Part shown: positions 1 through 12,924 of the stretch, piece after piece | Position numbering within the stretch: position 1 is the first letter of the stretch | Layout of the letters: every line of letters begins with the position of its first letter | Assembly: GCA_002189035.1 (NCBI GenBank) | Contig: CM007990.1 | Coordinates: 62,001-126,000 of the forward strand | Origin: Utricularia gibba | Taxonomy: Eukaryota; Plantae; Magnoliophyta | Reading direction: 5' to 3' | Length of the DNA stretch: 64,000 nucleotides | Notes under the pieces: model-generated | Databases searched by the model: none | Told to the model about the DNA's origin: nothing | What the model saw: only the letters and a program-made list of their open reading frames with translations | Made by a program: the position numbers and the translations under genes

Positions 1-227
1 AGTTGAAAGACGCGAGCGGCACAAAGCGCTGGCATCCGTACCCGACGTCCACGGCCGTTGACCTTGGTGTGGCGATCTTTGGTGGTGCTGGACTTGGTCC
101 CCCTCGTCGTCTTCCGAGAAACGGCAAGCTTAGGTCTCGAGTTAGCGGGGCCCACATCGTGGCCGGAGGATGGTGGCGGAGGAACGTCGGGGCCGGCGAT
201 TTGAACAAAGATATCTGAGGAAGTCAT
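1..227 (-). CDS. Class I TCP transcription factor, 5' part only (runs off the window start)
   Basis: Manual minus-strand translation from the ATG at 227 gives [15 protein letters not shown]...[28 protein letters not shown], the basic region and helix 1 of a class I TCP domain (the VNGR variant resembles TCP11). It is absent from the ORF track because its stop lies outside the window. Confidence 0.93.
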   Translation of the reverse strand, partial: MTSSDIFVQIAGPDVPPPPSSGHDVGPANSRPKLAVSRKTTRGTKSSTTKDRHTKVNGRGRRVRMPALCAARVFQ

Positions 228-336
228 TGTTTGACCAACGTTGAACGGGGTTGATTAGGGTTTGTAATTAGCAAGGAGTAGGACGTGTGCGTTTAGTTTA
301 GTAGGGCCGGGCTGTGACGTGGGTTCCAGGGGCTTG

Positions 337-398
337 GGGCCCACCACGGCCAGGGCCAATGTAATGATCCGATTCCTGCCATGCTATCGCGGTCCCAC
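337..398 (+). promoter_or_regulatory. Two class I TCP consensus sites (GGNCCCAC) upstream of the TCP gene
   Basis: GGGCCCAC at 337-344 and GGTCCCAC at 391-398, 110-170 bp upstream of the TCP ATG. Confidence 0.35.
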
Positions 399-1783
399 CA
401 GACACAATCATGAGCCAGCAGTAATGACCTTAGCCCAACATCCTGAGCTGGTCCACCGGGCCCAACCATGTGTGAATCGTCGTCGGCCCAACTGGGCCCC
501 CCCGCCACGCAGAAGAGAAGAGTCAGCGAACAACCAAGTTTTCGTGCGCGCCGTGCCCGTGTTCCAAGTTTCACACGCCGAGTCGTATTTTGGAGATGGT
601 CTCCCTGATTTTTCATTTTCCACCGGCTGACTAATCATAGTGGGGTTTCCTCAATCATGGAGACCAACAGGAGGGGTTCTGTGGTGGTGGTGTTCAGATG
701 AGGATGTTCCACTCGTGTGTTCGACGAAGCAAGAACATCCCTCGGAGTAAGTTCAACTCAAATGGTGCGTAGTTGCAAGATGGCTGAGTCAGAAAACAGC
801 AGGGGGAGAGAGGCGCTTTGGTTCGTTTTGTCTTCTGGATTGTAACGAAATACACTTAACCGATTGTGTGTGTTTTGTTTGACCTCAGGCTTGATCGGGT
901 GTTGTCCGGATCCAGACGGAGACAGAGACACGCAACCTAACCTAACCTACAAAAAAGTAAAGTAAACCCTGGGCTTTGTTAAAAGAAGACGCATCGATTA
1001 CAGATAATGTTTTGTAAATGGGAGTGACGTCATGACGTGCGTCATGGAATACATCTCTGGGATGCCATGCCACCACGTTGCCAAGTATGGTGCATGCATC
1101 CTTCCACAGTCGAGTCCAAGGGCAAGAACGAGAAACCAATGAAGATGAAGATTTTCAAAGCACGCCGTCGCGGCATGAAATAATCCAGTGGCAGCGGGGG
1201 ATCCCACCCCACATCCGCAGCCGCGCATGAAACGCGTGCGGTCGCCGCCTGTCCCATCGACGTTGCGGAAGCGACAACTTACGCCGTAGGGATTATTAGT
1301 TTAATGGCCTGGCCTCGTTAGTATCAATCCGACTTGGTTTCTTCTTGTCCCGGGACACGCAATTTTGAGAATATAATAAATAATAAAAGAGTCTTCTCTT
1401 TGTTGGTGGGCACCGGCAGTCATGGCCTGCATTCCCAACACAACCCCCGCTCGGTGAGAAATGTTTCACAATGCCCGCGTCTCGCCATGCCATGCCATCC
1501 ATTGGCTGGTGGTATAATTATACATACATCCATGAGACAGCAGCCAGCCGGGGCGGGGCGAGGAGGGAGGGGCCGGGGCCGTCCAAAGCCAACCACCCGC
1601 CCCGTACAGAACTGTGCGTGCTGCCTTTTGTCAATCCAGGTATTGAAGCCAAGCAACAGACGATATGAAAAACAAGTCCGCGTATGATGGTTCTGTTCTC
1701 ATTGGGATTACAATTACATTGCCCCCCTCAGTTTCTACCATACACATAAGTAGCAAAATAACCAGCACTGTCTTCTCTATTCC

Positions 1784-3202
1784 TCACATTATGTGACAAC
1801 CGTTGGGGTTCTCGTCGCTAAACATCTGGGGGTCCAAGTTGTTGTTCATGTACGTCGCCGTGGGGGGTGGAGGAACCGGACCTCCATGCACTGCCACTGG
1901 GTAACCCATACCCGGGTTGAAGTAACCCGGATACTGCTCTTGGTTAAAGTAACCGTAGTTGGGTTGCTGCAAGTACGTTGGAGGGGGCGGCGGTGGTGCA
2001 TACTGCATCGCGTGTGCGCTCGTGGTGTACATCGGAATAGCGTAGTGCATCACCGGACTGTAGCCTCCGAACTCCATTTTACTCACTTCCGCTTTTGCCC
2101 CGCTATCCCCGCCCTCTTTCTTCTCCTCCTTTTTCGCTCCGCCGCCGCCGCCCTCCTTCTTCTCCTCCTTTTTCTCCTCTTTCTTACTCTCCTTTTTCTC
2201 TCCGCCGTCACCGCCTTCTTTCTTGCTCTCCTTTTTCTCTCCACCGTTACCGCCTTCTTTCTTATCCTCTTTTTTCTCTTCACCTACTTTCTTCTCTGCC
2301 CCGCCGTCTTTCTTCGGTGGGGGAACAACCGTGACGCTTCTTTTAAGTTTCTCTTGTAAAAATGAGGTGAGGCCCTTGACATCCATCGTCCCCGTAACGG
2401 TGACCAGATCTTTTCCCAGATCAGCACTCACGGATGTCACACCTGTTTAGAGGCGACAGCCCATTAGTTTACCACTCATAAATTCCAAATTTCTCTGCAC
2501 ACTTTCCTCTAATTCTACGAATTGCTTTCCTAAAACATTACCATCAACGTTCTTCTTAATGGTGCGCTTGATCTTGTGAGCGCATCCTTGACAGTGAAGT
2601 TGAATCTTCAGGGTAACCGTAACCGGCTGAATAACAAGAAACAAACACCAGTGAGCAGATACTAAAACAAACCAGAGTAGTCAATCGATAACAAGTACCT
2701 CTTTGGGTTTTTCTGGTTTTTTCTCCTCAGCCTTCTTTTCAGAATTCTGCTCTGTTTTCTTATCATCCTTTTTGGGCTGCGGTGAAATCAGCTCCACCTT
2801 CTTTTTTGTCTTGGACTCAACATTCTCCCGGAGCAACGACGGGTCGACATTTCCGGTAACAATGAGCTTGTTAGCTGAAAAGTCAGCTTTCACATCTTCA
2901 ACACCTGGGTCCAAACCCACGAAGAATGATTCAGTTGAAAATTTTCAGTTCCCGCGTTGAAACCACGTAATTCGAATACATCAATTGATTTCCAAGGAAA
3001 TTCGAACGTTGAGAGCAAAATTTGAACCTTCAAATTTTCTAACTGCTCGCCGGACTTTCTTGGTGCAACCTTCGCAATGCAAATCAAGCTTCAAAACGAC
3101 CTCGATTGGCGCATTCTCTTTCTTCTTCTCTCCGCCCGCGGCTTCCGTCGCCTTCTTCTGTTCCGCCTCCAGCTTCTCTTCAACTTTCTGCGAAGAGACC
3201 AT
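1784..3202 (-). CDS. Heavy-metal-associated isoprenylated plant protein (HIPP) with two HMA domains, 4 exons
   Basis: Two HMA motifs ([16 protein letters not shown]), a Lys/Glu/Gly-rich linker, a Pro/Tyr-rich region, and C-terminal [15 protein letters not shown] ending in a CaaX prenylation box. Exons about 3202-3025, 2905-2700, 2630-2546, 2445-1784. Confidence 0.93.
2187..2264 (-). repeat. Coding tandem duplication, 2 x 39 bp (13 aa, KKEGG[N/D]GGEKKES), in HIPP
   Basis: ctctcctttttctctccgccgtcaccgccttctttcttg (2187-2225) is followed by a near-identical copy (2226-2264). Confidence 0.85.
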
Positions 3203-5284
3203 TTGAGATAGAGCACCCGAGTTAAGGGTGAAAACGGTGGTAAACGGACAGTATTGGGCGGATATGAGATGAAGTTATGAATTTTCCTACCTCTCCCATC
3301 CCCAAAATACGAACTTTCCGTTGTGGGTAGACTAGACTTGAGAGACGAGATTAGAACTCACCCGGGTGGTGGTGGTGGTGGTGAGCGTGGTGAAGAGGGA
3401 AGAGATATATAGAAGGGATTGGATTTGAATGCCTGCCTGAGTTGATGAAGTCAGCGCTGTCGAGGGCCCAGGAACCGGAAGGTTCAGGTCAGGCCTCAGG
3501 GGAAGAGTCACCGCCGTAACGGGTGGGTCATTTATGTATCCATAGATGGATCTTTTGTAAGTGATGTTCGGAAGGGACCCTCAGGGTGTATTACAAAAGT
3601 GAGTAGTATATTTTATATCTTGAATTTGTGAGAGAGAAAGTGGGGATGATCATTTTGGTAAAAGACCAGACCAGAGGCTCAATTGGGGTTGGTATCTGGT
3701 AATTTTGCGTTTACACAAGAAAACTTGCAATTATTTTGCTGGGGGTGGGGTGCTGGTGCATCAATTAAATTGGGTTTGGCATACGTGGGAGCGCACGTAG
3801 AAATGACATGAATGAAGCGAAGCCATCGTGAGCGCTGATGGCAAACACGTAGGCCCCCCAGGGGAATTGACTTATCTGCCCAGCAAGCCTTACCAGCGAG
3901 GGGACTTTTCTGCCTTGCGTAGAGGGGCAGGGCAGGCTTAGCTCTCTAGAAGGTAGAAGATTTTTCCTGCTCCTCCCCCCCGAGAGAAAAGGTTCACCAC
4001 TAGAGGCAGAGGGGTTAAAAATTCCAAGGCTAAAGCATTAGGGGAGCCAAGCACCCCCCCATTTTTCCCCTCCCAAAATTTGACTGACTGACGCCTACAA
4101 CTTGGGAGCAGATCAGCAATATAATCCACCCCAACTCTACTTACGACGTGTGTATGGCAATCGCATCCCGAATGTACATGGTTTTGGGTTGGGTTGCTTC
4201 ATAAACTGCCCTCCAAATTCCCTTCCAATCATGCCATGAGATAATTATGTTAATATGTCGGCGCGGGGAAGGAATGGCGGCCGGCTGCGGGACGCAGCAC
4301 ACTGACAGAGAAATGGGAATTCCGTCCGAGTCAAAACAGAGGGGCTGCCTGCAGAAATACACGAAACGAAATGCGTACTAGTCTAATAATAAATAATATT
4401 CAGGGGCGGGGGCGGAGTCGGAGGAGACTTTCCTCAGGAAACGCCTCCTCCAACTTGGAATTCAATAATAGCCGTAGCTTGTTGAAAAACAACACGAGCT
4501 TATTCAAATGGATCACCAGGTACCCGATTTAGAAATAAAAAAGGCAGTTAATTGCAATTATGAGGCCCATTAACCCACCCCACCTGGCACCTGCCCCTGC
4601 CCCTGCCCCTCCCTCCTCGTTTCGATTCCAATCCAATCCTCCTCCTCGGACCCAATTTCTTCTTCGCTACCGGTGTCTGTTGTACGGCAAGGCCGTATGC
4701 GGCAGCCCTACTGCCGGCCTTCATTAAATACTCTTAATGCGGCGGGGCGGGGTACCCAGTATTACGGATCACCCATGTTGGGCATTGACTTGCGGATCAC
4801 CCTTCCCCTACTCAATCTAGGGTTGCCGGGTTTTCCAAAGGGACAAACAATCAAATCAAAGCTCGAATTTCAGTAACCTCGCAGCAACGAGGTTTTTTCT
4901 TTTTTTCCTGGCCAGTAGCCAGGTAGCCAGCCTCTCTCAGTTACTACTGTTTAGAGCCTATTTGGGTGTCTGCCGCGGTGATGGATATATGTGTTACCAG
5001 TTCAAGTGGATAAAGCTCCCATTTAATGTCCAGTGCTGGAGAGAATTGAATTCCGAGATCCGGCCTTTGTCTGATGTTACTCTTTAGCTTTCCTTCTGCA
5101 ACTCGGCGGCAAGATTGAGGAATGATGATCAAAATGCTAGCTAGCTAGGTATGTTATAAAGATGTAAGCTAAAGAACAAATCGGTGATGAGGTCGTTGGT
5201 ATCAGGAGATTTGCTCTAATGGTTTGTGGATGTCTTCATCGTCATGCGGCCACATGGACGCATGCACTCGCGGTTTGGAGGGAG

Positions 5285-8200
5285 CTATGCAGCAACCATG
5301 CTCCCATCTTGGGCATGCGAAAGCCTCTGTAACTGTATCATGCGCGCATATATGCCGTCAGGATGAGCCTTCAGAAGATGGGAATGCGAACCATGCTCTG
5401 CTATTTTTCCATCTTCTAGAACCGCGATAACGTCTGCGTTTCGGATGGTCGACAGTCGATGAGCCACGATGAGAATAGTTTTTCCTGCGCAGGTGTGCTC
5501 CAGTGCCTTTTGTATGCACTTCTCTGACTCTGCATCCAGGGCACTGGTGGCCTCGTCCAGCAGCATTATATCCGGTTTCCGCAAAAAGGCTCGAGCAATG
5601 GCGATCCGCTGCTTCTGTCCTCCCGAAAGCTGCGTCCCTCTTTCCCCGACAAATGTTTTGTACCCATCAGGCAATGAGGAAATGAACTCGTGGGCGTTTG
5701 CCAACTTTGCTGCCTCGATTATGTCGGCCTCTGAAGCTGATTCCCGGCCGTAGCTTATGTTTTCATGTATCGAGGTTGCGAATAAGCATGGTTCCTGAGG
5801 CACAACAGCTATGTGACTCCGTAACAGCTTCAGTTTATATTGCCTGATGTCCTTACCATCGATCAGGATTCGGCCTGATGAGGGCTCGTAGAATCTCTCC
5901 ATCAGTGCAATAATTGTGCTCTTGCCACAGCCGCTGGATCCTACGAGAGCTAGAGTTTTTCCAGCTCGAGCTCGAAGATTCAAGTCACAAAAGATGGAGA
6001 TATCAGGCCTGTTGGGATAGTAGAAATCTACATGCTTGAACTCCACTTCCCCTCTTAGGTGTTCTGGGGCAGGAGTCGCGTTTGGGTCATCGGGTTCGAT
6101 CTCTGTCCTCCGATCAAGCAAGTCGAAAACTGAGCTCATCGCTCTACCGCCCTTGATGAAGTCGGGAGCCAGAGCCAAGGTCTCAGCAGCGCCATTTGCA
6201 GAGACCATGAGGACCATGAAAACTCTGATGGTCTTGGAAAAGTCTGAGATTCCATGCTTCACAAGCCACGAGGCATACCATAGACCAAGGGCGTAGGAGC
6301 CATAGAGCAGGAACTGTGCTATTCCGTAACCGCTTCCAGCTATCTGTCCCTTCCAGAAGCAGCGGCGGAGAGGCGATTCAAGACTGGAGGCGAAAAGGCA
6401 AGCAATCTTCGCCTCCGAGTTGAATGCAGCAACAGTTCGCACGTTGGCTACTGCTTCCGCTGCAAGCTGTGTTGCCTTGGCATGTGCAGATTCCAAGTCT
6501 CCAGAGAATCCAGTCATGAACATTTTCTGATGATACCACAGTTAGAAAATCAGAGTCGTTTTTCCTGCTGCCTTGATGCGTAAGTTTTTGAAGAAAACAA
6601 ACCTGTAAAACAGTGGCAACTACTACGATTGGAAACACGGCAATCAGGATGAGGGAGAGGCGCCACTCCAACACGAATCCGACGGTGCAAGCAATGAGCA
6701 AAAGACTAGAATTCTGCATGATCACAGAGATTCTGTCCCCAATTGCTGATCGAACGTTGTTGGCATCAAGTGCCAGCCTTGCAGAAATCCTAGAGCTCTC
6801 GTTATCTTCTTGATCGAACCAAGCTATCTCGTTCTTCAACACTGCTTCCAGCATTTTCTCCCTGACTCGCTTTGTTAAGTTCTCTCCCACGATGTCCCAA
6901 AAAAAGTGCTGTGAAGTGTTGAAAATCAGCGCAGCTAATGAGACGCCGAAAAACAGGTAGCAGTACTTCCCAATCTCCCTTGCCATGACACCGTGGTTGG
7001 GGTTGTAGTAGACACTGAGAACTGCACTCAGCACATAGGCGAAGAATACGCTGAGAGAGCCACATATGATTGATCCCACAGAGCCAGCCAAAGCATAAGC
7101 CCACTCAGGAGAATTCATCTTTATAAGGCGTGAGAATGAGTTGGCTTGCATCTTGAATTGGAGCTTTCCAAGTCGGTGCTTCGGATATGCAGCATCCAAG
7201 GAGAAAGTGAATTCTGAATGGGAGAAGTCAGAGAATCTTCTTCCGCAAGAAGAGTTCCTAGTCATTATGGGTGAACTCACGGAGTTCCTAGCACTAGAGG
7301 GCCTGCACAATAGACATCTCAGAGATATTTCCAATGCTTACAACCAGTGTAAACATGCAGATGATTCCAAAAGTGTAGGAATACCTGGCACTGCTCTTCC
7401 TTGCGTTGACGAGAGCTGCCTCATGTGCTGCTTCTTGCATCTTTATTAGCTTGGCAAAGACACTATCTTCTCCCTTACAAATAAGCTCATCATGTGTTCC
7501 GATTTCCGACACGGTTCCTTGTTGCAGGACAGCCACACAGTCAGCCTTTTGAATAGTGGAGAGGCGGTGGGCGATCACAAGACTCGTCCTTTCTGTCATG
7601 AAACGATCAAGGGCTTCTTGTACAAGCTTCTCCGATTCAGAATCTAAAGCACTCGTGGCTTCATCCAAAAGAAGGATTGATGGATTCTTCAGCATTGCTC
7701 TGGCTATAGCTATTCTCTGCTTCTGCCCACCGGAAAGTTGCAGTCCCCTCTCCCCAACCTGAGCATTTCCCAAACTAGTTGGTTATGGTGTGTATCTTTC
7801 ACCTAAAACTTGGTGCTTCTACTGTACTTAGCTGACTTTTGAAATTGAATTTGATGACTAAATCATTCCTAGACAGCATAAAGACACACAGATACCTCAT
7901 GAATTCTTCTACAGATACAAGGGGACCTTACATCTTAAATGCTGAACCAAACACTTTACATTACATTGATCGTATTGATGGCTGCCCACTTCTAGATGAT
8001 ATATGTATACATTAAGTTTCCAAGGAATCACTCAACAACTGACAGAGCACCCTGGTTTTAAAATGCATTGACTGAGGGACTTCAAAGCTTCAATGATTTT
8101 AGCTGTGAAAATGCATTTCAATAAATGTAGTATCTGACTAACCTGCGTATCATAACCTTGAGGAAGTTTGGAAATGAATGTGTGAGCATTAGCTACTTTT

Positions 8201-10107
8201 GCAGCCTCTTCAATCTCATCCTCGCTCGCTTCTGGCCTGCCTAGCAATATGTTTTCTTTGATTGTGGTTGCGAAAAGCGCTGGCTCCTGGCTAACCAGTC
8301 CGATTTGCTGCCGTAGCCACCTCAACTTCAAAGACCTTATGTCGTGCCCATCCAGCAGAACTTGTCCTGAGAAGTCACAACTAACAGGGCTCAGGGCATA
8401 ATTATGTGATCTGCTGCACTTGCTTCAGTCACTTCCTTACCCGAACTGGGATCATAGAATCTTTCGATTAGGGACACAACAGTGCTTTTCCCAGAGCCAT
8501 TGCTTCCGACTAAAGCTATAGTCTTCCCAGCAGGAAGAGTGAGGGAGAAATTGTTAAGTACTTTTGTTTCTGGCCTTGAAGGATATGAAAAACAGACGTT
8601 TTTCAGCTCCAGTTTCACTGTCAGACCTTCCAACTCCAATCCAGTTTCATTGTTTCTGTCTACGGCGGGCCTGTGATCGATGATCTCGTAGAGTTTAGCA
8701 GCTGCAACTCTTGCCTTCGCCAAGGCCGCGAAACTTGGAGCAGACTGACCCAATGCCCTGTTTCACAGGCTTTCACTTGATCAAATACTACAAGGGTTGA
8801 TGATTACAAGTTTCGCAAAAAGAGCTGTGGAACCAACTTACAGCCCACCGATCATGACTGCAAACATGGTAGCTATTGCGAGACCTCCATTAGTTAAATG
8901 GTGGCGAACCAGGACGCCTCCATACCAGAGAAGAAGGGAATAGCAGCAAAAAACAGTGAAATATGTTGCACCAAGTCCTAATCCTTTAGCAAAACCAATC
9001 TTGTATCCAATCCTTTGAGCTACTCTTAGCGCCGAAGAATACGATTCCAATGATCTAACCTCACCCACGAAGGCGAAAACAGTCCGGATTTGTGCAATTG
9101 TCTGTAATTTTGGTGACAGTTAAGAGCAGAATGAATGAAACACCCAAAAGCTAACAAGAATAAGGCCAAGTTTCCTTACTTGCTCTGCAACACTCCCAGC
9201 TTCAGACAAAGCTTCTTGGTTCTTGCCGGAAAGTTTCGACAAGGTAGCTGCGTGAATACCTCCAATAAAAGCAATGACTGGAACTACGGCGAGTGTGACC
9301 AAGGCCAGTTGCCATGCTGCAGTGAATCCCACAACGAATCCAGATACAAACGTTGCCATGTAGTGCAGCAAATTTCCCAACTGAAAAGAAACAGAGGGAA
9401 TCCTGAAAACTGTCAGAAACAGCAAATGCTCTAAGCATTTGAACAGCTAAAGCTTCAGTTCATCTTCTTTGAGCTTCACCTTTTCACTAATGGCGTCTTG
9501 AACCATTAAGACTTCCGTGTTCATAGCAAAAACAACGTCTGATGTCCGAACCTCTGTATCAAAGTACTGAATATCCTGGTTCAAAGCAGATTCTAAGTAC
9601 CTGATCCTCATTTTCGTTGATTGTCTTTCTCCAGTCCACATCCAAGATGATATCTCTGCAGGGAGAGCCATTTTAAAGAGGAAAATTTCCGAGTAATTAT
9701 TGATGTTCATGTGATTAAAAAGAAAAAAGAAAATCACCTGCCCATGAAGATACCCAGATCGCAGCTCCCACAAAAAGAAAGTAATACGCATACTGCACTC
9801 AAAGAGAGAAGCAACTGTCAACTTGCTGATGGCCTCCAATAAAGAGAACCTGTTTTACTCCGCTTACCTTCAAAACGTCATGCATCATCTTATCAACATT
9901 GTCTGAGTTAGAACCAAAAGAATTCACAAGATCGGCAAAGAATCTGAGAAACAAAGGCAATGATGCTCCATGTATGATCGCACCAGCCGTCCCGATTGCC
10001 ATCAGAACACAGTCAAGCCCATCTGCGAACCGGAAAAGCTCGCCGATCCCCACCGGCGGCGTTGGTCTGTCCTTCATCCCGTCAGTGGCGCTGGGAACCT
10101 CCTCCAT
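5285..10107 (-). CDS. ABCB1: Full-size ABC transporter B family member 1 (PGP1-type auxin/brassinosteroid exporter), about 10 exons
   Basis: TMD-NBD-TMD-NBD layout. Walker A motifs GSNGSGKST and GSSGCGKST, two [14 protein letters not shown] signatures, [11 protein letters not shown] motifs. ABCB1-specific segments [28 protein letters not shown] and KMNSPEW. GT-AG junctions join in frame. Confidence 0.95.
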
Positions 10108-12924
10108 CAGAAGCGGAAGCGCTATCAGAAACCCAATAAAACAAAAGCCCCTTTCAGAAGCTTCAAAAGATGAAGAAAATAGTTTCGGTTAATATGGTCG
10201 TGGAACTTAATAGGAATAGTAGATAAGGGGCAGTGTCTCAGTCCCTTAAAACTGAAGGAAAGAAACAGAGTCCCACAATTTGGTGACAGAAGAAGCTCTA
10301 GCAATAGACTATCTATCCATGAAGCTTCATTGCTATGCTATAAAGTCCTTTTTATCCCATCTAAAGGAAACAGTTGCCCACCGCATATTTCCTCTTTTCT
10401 TCACACCTGTAAGCAACCCCCCTTCTCCATGTCCCACATTCCCCGATGTTTACAGTGAAGACATTCCCTTTTTCACGCAAATTCTTGAGCCTCTGCACTG
10501 GCGGAGTTGGTCTGTTTAACTGAGGTAAAACTGTTGCGGTAGAAAACATGCACATCCCGACACAACATTGACGTATGATGGAACGGAAGAGTGAGGGAGG
10601 GCCTCAACAGTCAACATGACAATGGAAGAGAAATGTAGAAGCAAACGCAGGAGTTCTTCGACCCGACAAACGCCATTGTCTTCGCACATCGATGCGTTCC
10701 TACGATCTTCCGAACCACCCCACAGCAGCACCACCAACAACAACATCATTTCCTTCAGACCTAAAAAAGCTTCAATCTTTCCCGCGCCATCCTGTTCTTT
10801 AATCGATTTTACGATGGCTGCTTATGAGGTAGAGTATAAACAATGACAAAAACTGGATCTTTGCGAAACTATGTTCCCCATTTCCCCGATGGTGCAAGGA
10901 TTTAGTCAAATTCTCATCAATGCTGAAATTTACATTTGTGGGTGTTGTTTCTTTCACACCCCTACCCACATTGAATGAAGTTTGCGAGTCCATGGGACCA
11001 GTAGGTGAGGGGGGTTTCTCTTTTTTTTCAACACGTTTGTGGGTGGTGCTGCTTCTGTAACATTTGACTTCCAATGCATGATGAACAACGATTTCTTCAC
11101 ATGTCAGGCTTCACATTTACCAATGTATACTATATCAACCCGAGAAACCAAACTCCTCCTAAAATAAGATGATTTCCTTACATATATTTCTTTTGCTGTT
11201 TGGTAGAACAAGACCGGATTTGTGTGAGCATTGCCTGAATCAATTCACTGTGCTGTGGTCCAGTCTAAGAAACCAGATGTACGGAAAATTATTGCTACTA
11301 TTATTTTGTTCACGCACGCCTTGCCTTTACCTTGCCCTTTGCATCACACTGTTGCAGAATGCAATCACCGAGTCTGTGGTTTGGAATGATGCATCCTTTT
11401 GCCCCAACTCATTTAAGATTGTAAAGAATTAGATGGCGACATTTATTGCCCTATAGGCACTTGGTTTTACACCTCACGTAATGAGTAGTTCATCATAGAG
11501 AGAATGGCAATGGTGTGGTGCCCCCGCACCCCATAAGGACTTGGCCCGGCGGTGGCATAATAAGCCGGGCGCCCGCCAACCTGGAAATGAAAACAACGGA
11601 TCTCATCGCAATTTACCATCACAAACTGAGCTTTTTTGAGAAGAGAAAAAACCGTTTCATACGTCTTTTGAAATAGTGATCCAACTACACTAAACTTGAC
11701 GTATTGATGGACCATGGAATTATCTCCAGGTCCCCCGGTGAAGATATAATGAGTTTGAAGGGGGTGGCGTGGCGTGGCGTCGTCTTCTCGGTGATGCAGA
11801 AACCTTCATCATTCGATGCCTGGATCTGTCTGTCTTTATTGGCTCGCCCCCACCCTCCTCTACTAACGTTACAATGATGCCAAAAAACAAAGATGCATAC
11901 ATACATACAACTAAGCACAGCATCGATGACCTTCCTTCCTATGTTTTCACGTCGTTTAAGTCCCCCAATGATGGGTTTACGCTAAGTTGCTGCTAGTTGA
12001 GGATGCAATCATTGCGACCTGGATCCATCCTTGTCCCGTATGACTCGCTCATAACTTGGTGAAGCTGGCTGTTAAGTTGTATGCGGTAGAGAAACAACTC
12101 CATGTGCATTTGCACTGTGGACCAAAGGCGGCTTTAAAAGTCTGAAATCGTGACCAATGCGGAGGTAGAAATAGAAGCACTTGCCATGAAATGTGAACTC
12201 CAAGATGGGGTCCCAATTCGGAAATCCTTCATGTGAGCGAGCGAGCACTCACGGGGACGAAAGCTTGAATACAACTTACCTGCCAGCTTTCTGCTCCATC
12301 GTGCCTTTTGGGCGCTTTGGTCTACAAACAAGCCACATGATCATCCATCCAAATGGTCAACACTCACAGTGGTCCTTCCACGACTTTTCAGAACAACCGG
12401 AGCCCCTCTCTCTAAATCACACCAACACCGAAAAAGGTTTTAGCTATGCAGTCATTGCTGCGCCCGATGGGCACTAATGGGCTCTCGCTAAATGAGCCCA
12501 TCGGAGGGCTCAAGCCCATAACTCCAACAAAAAGTCCAAGTCCATTAACAACTTAGATGGCTGCGAACGAGTGCTAGGCTTGTGTGATAAAATATGTTTG
12601 GTTGATAATATAAATAAATTTATGATAAAAAATAAGAAATAATTTTCTATATTATAAAAATTTCTAATTTTTAATTTAATAAGTAAAAACATGTTAAGAG
12701 TATTCATTTTGAATGGGTTGATTTTAATGAAGATAAGGGCCGGTGGGGGCTTGTTGTGACCACGTGGCGGATTTACGGTGGTACTTTCCAGTGAATTTGT
12801 ATGGGAATCGTGTTTCGTTCTTCGCCGTTCCTGTTCGCAGGCTTCTTTCTATCTGAAGGATTTGTCGGAGGCAAGACAACCAGCTGGAGATCACTTGGGA
12901 TAACTGGACTTCAGTTCTTCTGCG

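Noticed and set aside
149-159. GCCCACATCG resembling the U-snRNA upstream sequence element (also GTCCCACATT near 10430)
   Set aside because: Mismatched to RTCCCACATCG, no correctly spaced TATA box or snRNA body, and the first match lies inside the TCP coding sequence.
1550-1581. GGGGCGGGG-type G-tracts, recurring at about 4403, 4741 and 49672
   Set aside because: Short low-complexity GC boxes with no shared flanks; not supportable as a repeat family or G-quadruplex system.
11467-11923. Possible two-exon secreted peptide with AGPSPYGVRGH resembling PIP/PIPL SGPS..G.GH motifs
   Set aside because: The motif is not C-terminal and has an extra residue, the hydrophobic N-terminus overlaps a (TATG)n microsatellite, and no TATA box is seen.
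12477-12501. Inverted repeat ATGGGCTC...GAGCCCAT
   Set aside because: Explained by opposed site II (TGGGCY) promoter motifs upstream of the DUF4079 gene; there is no MITE body or target-site duplication.
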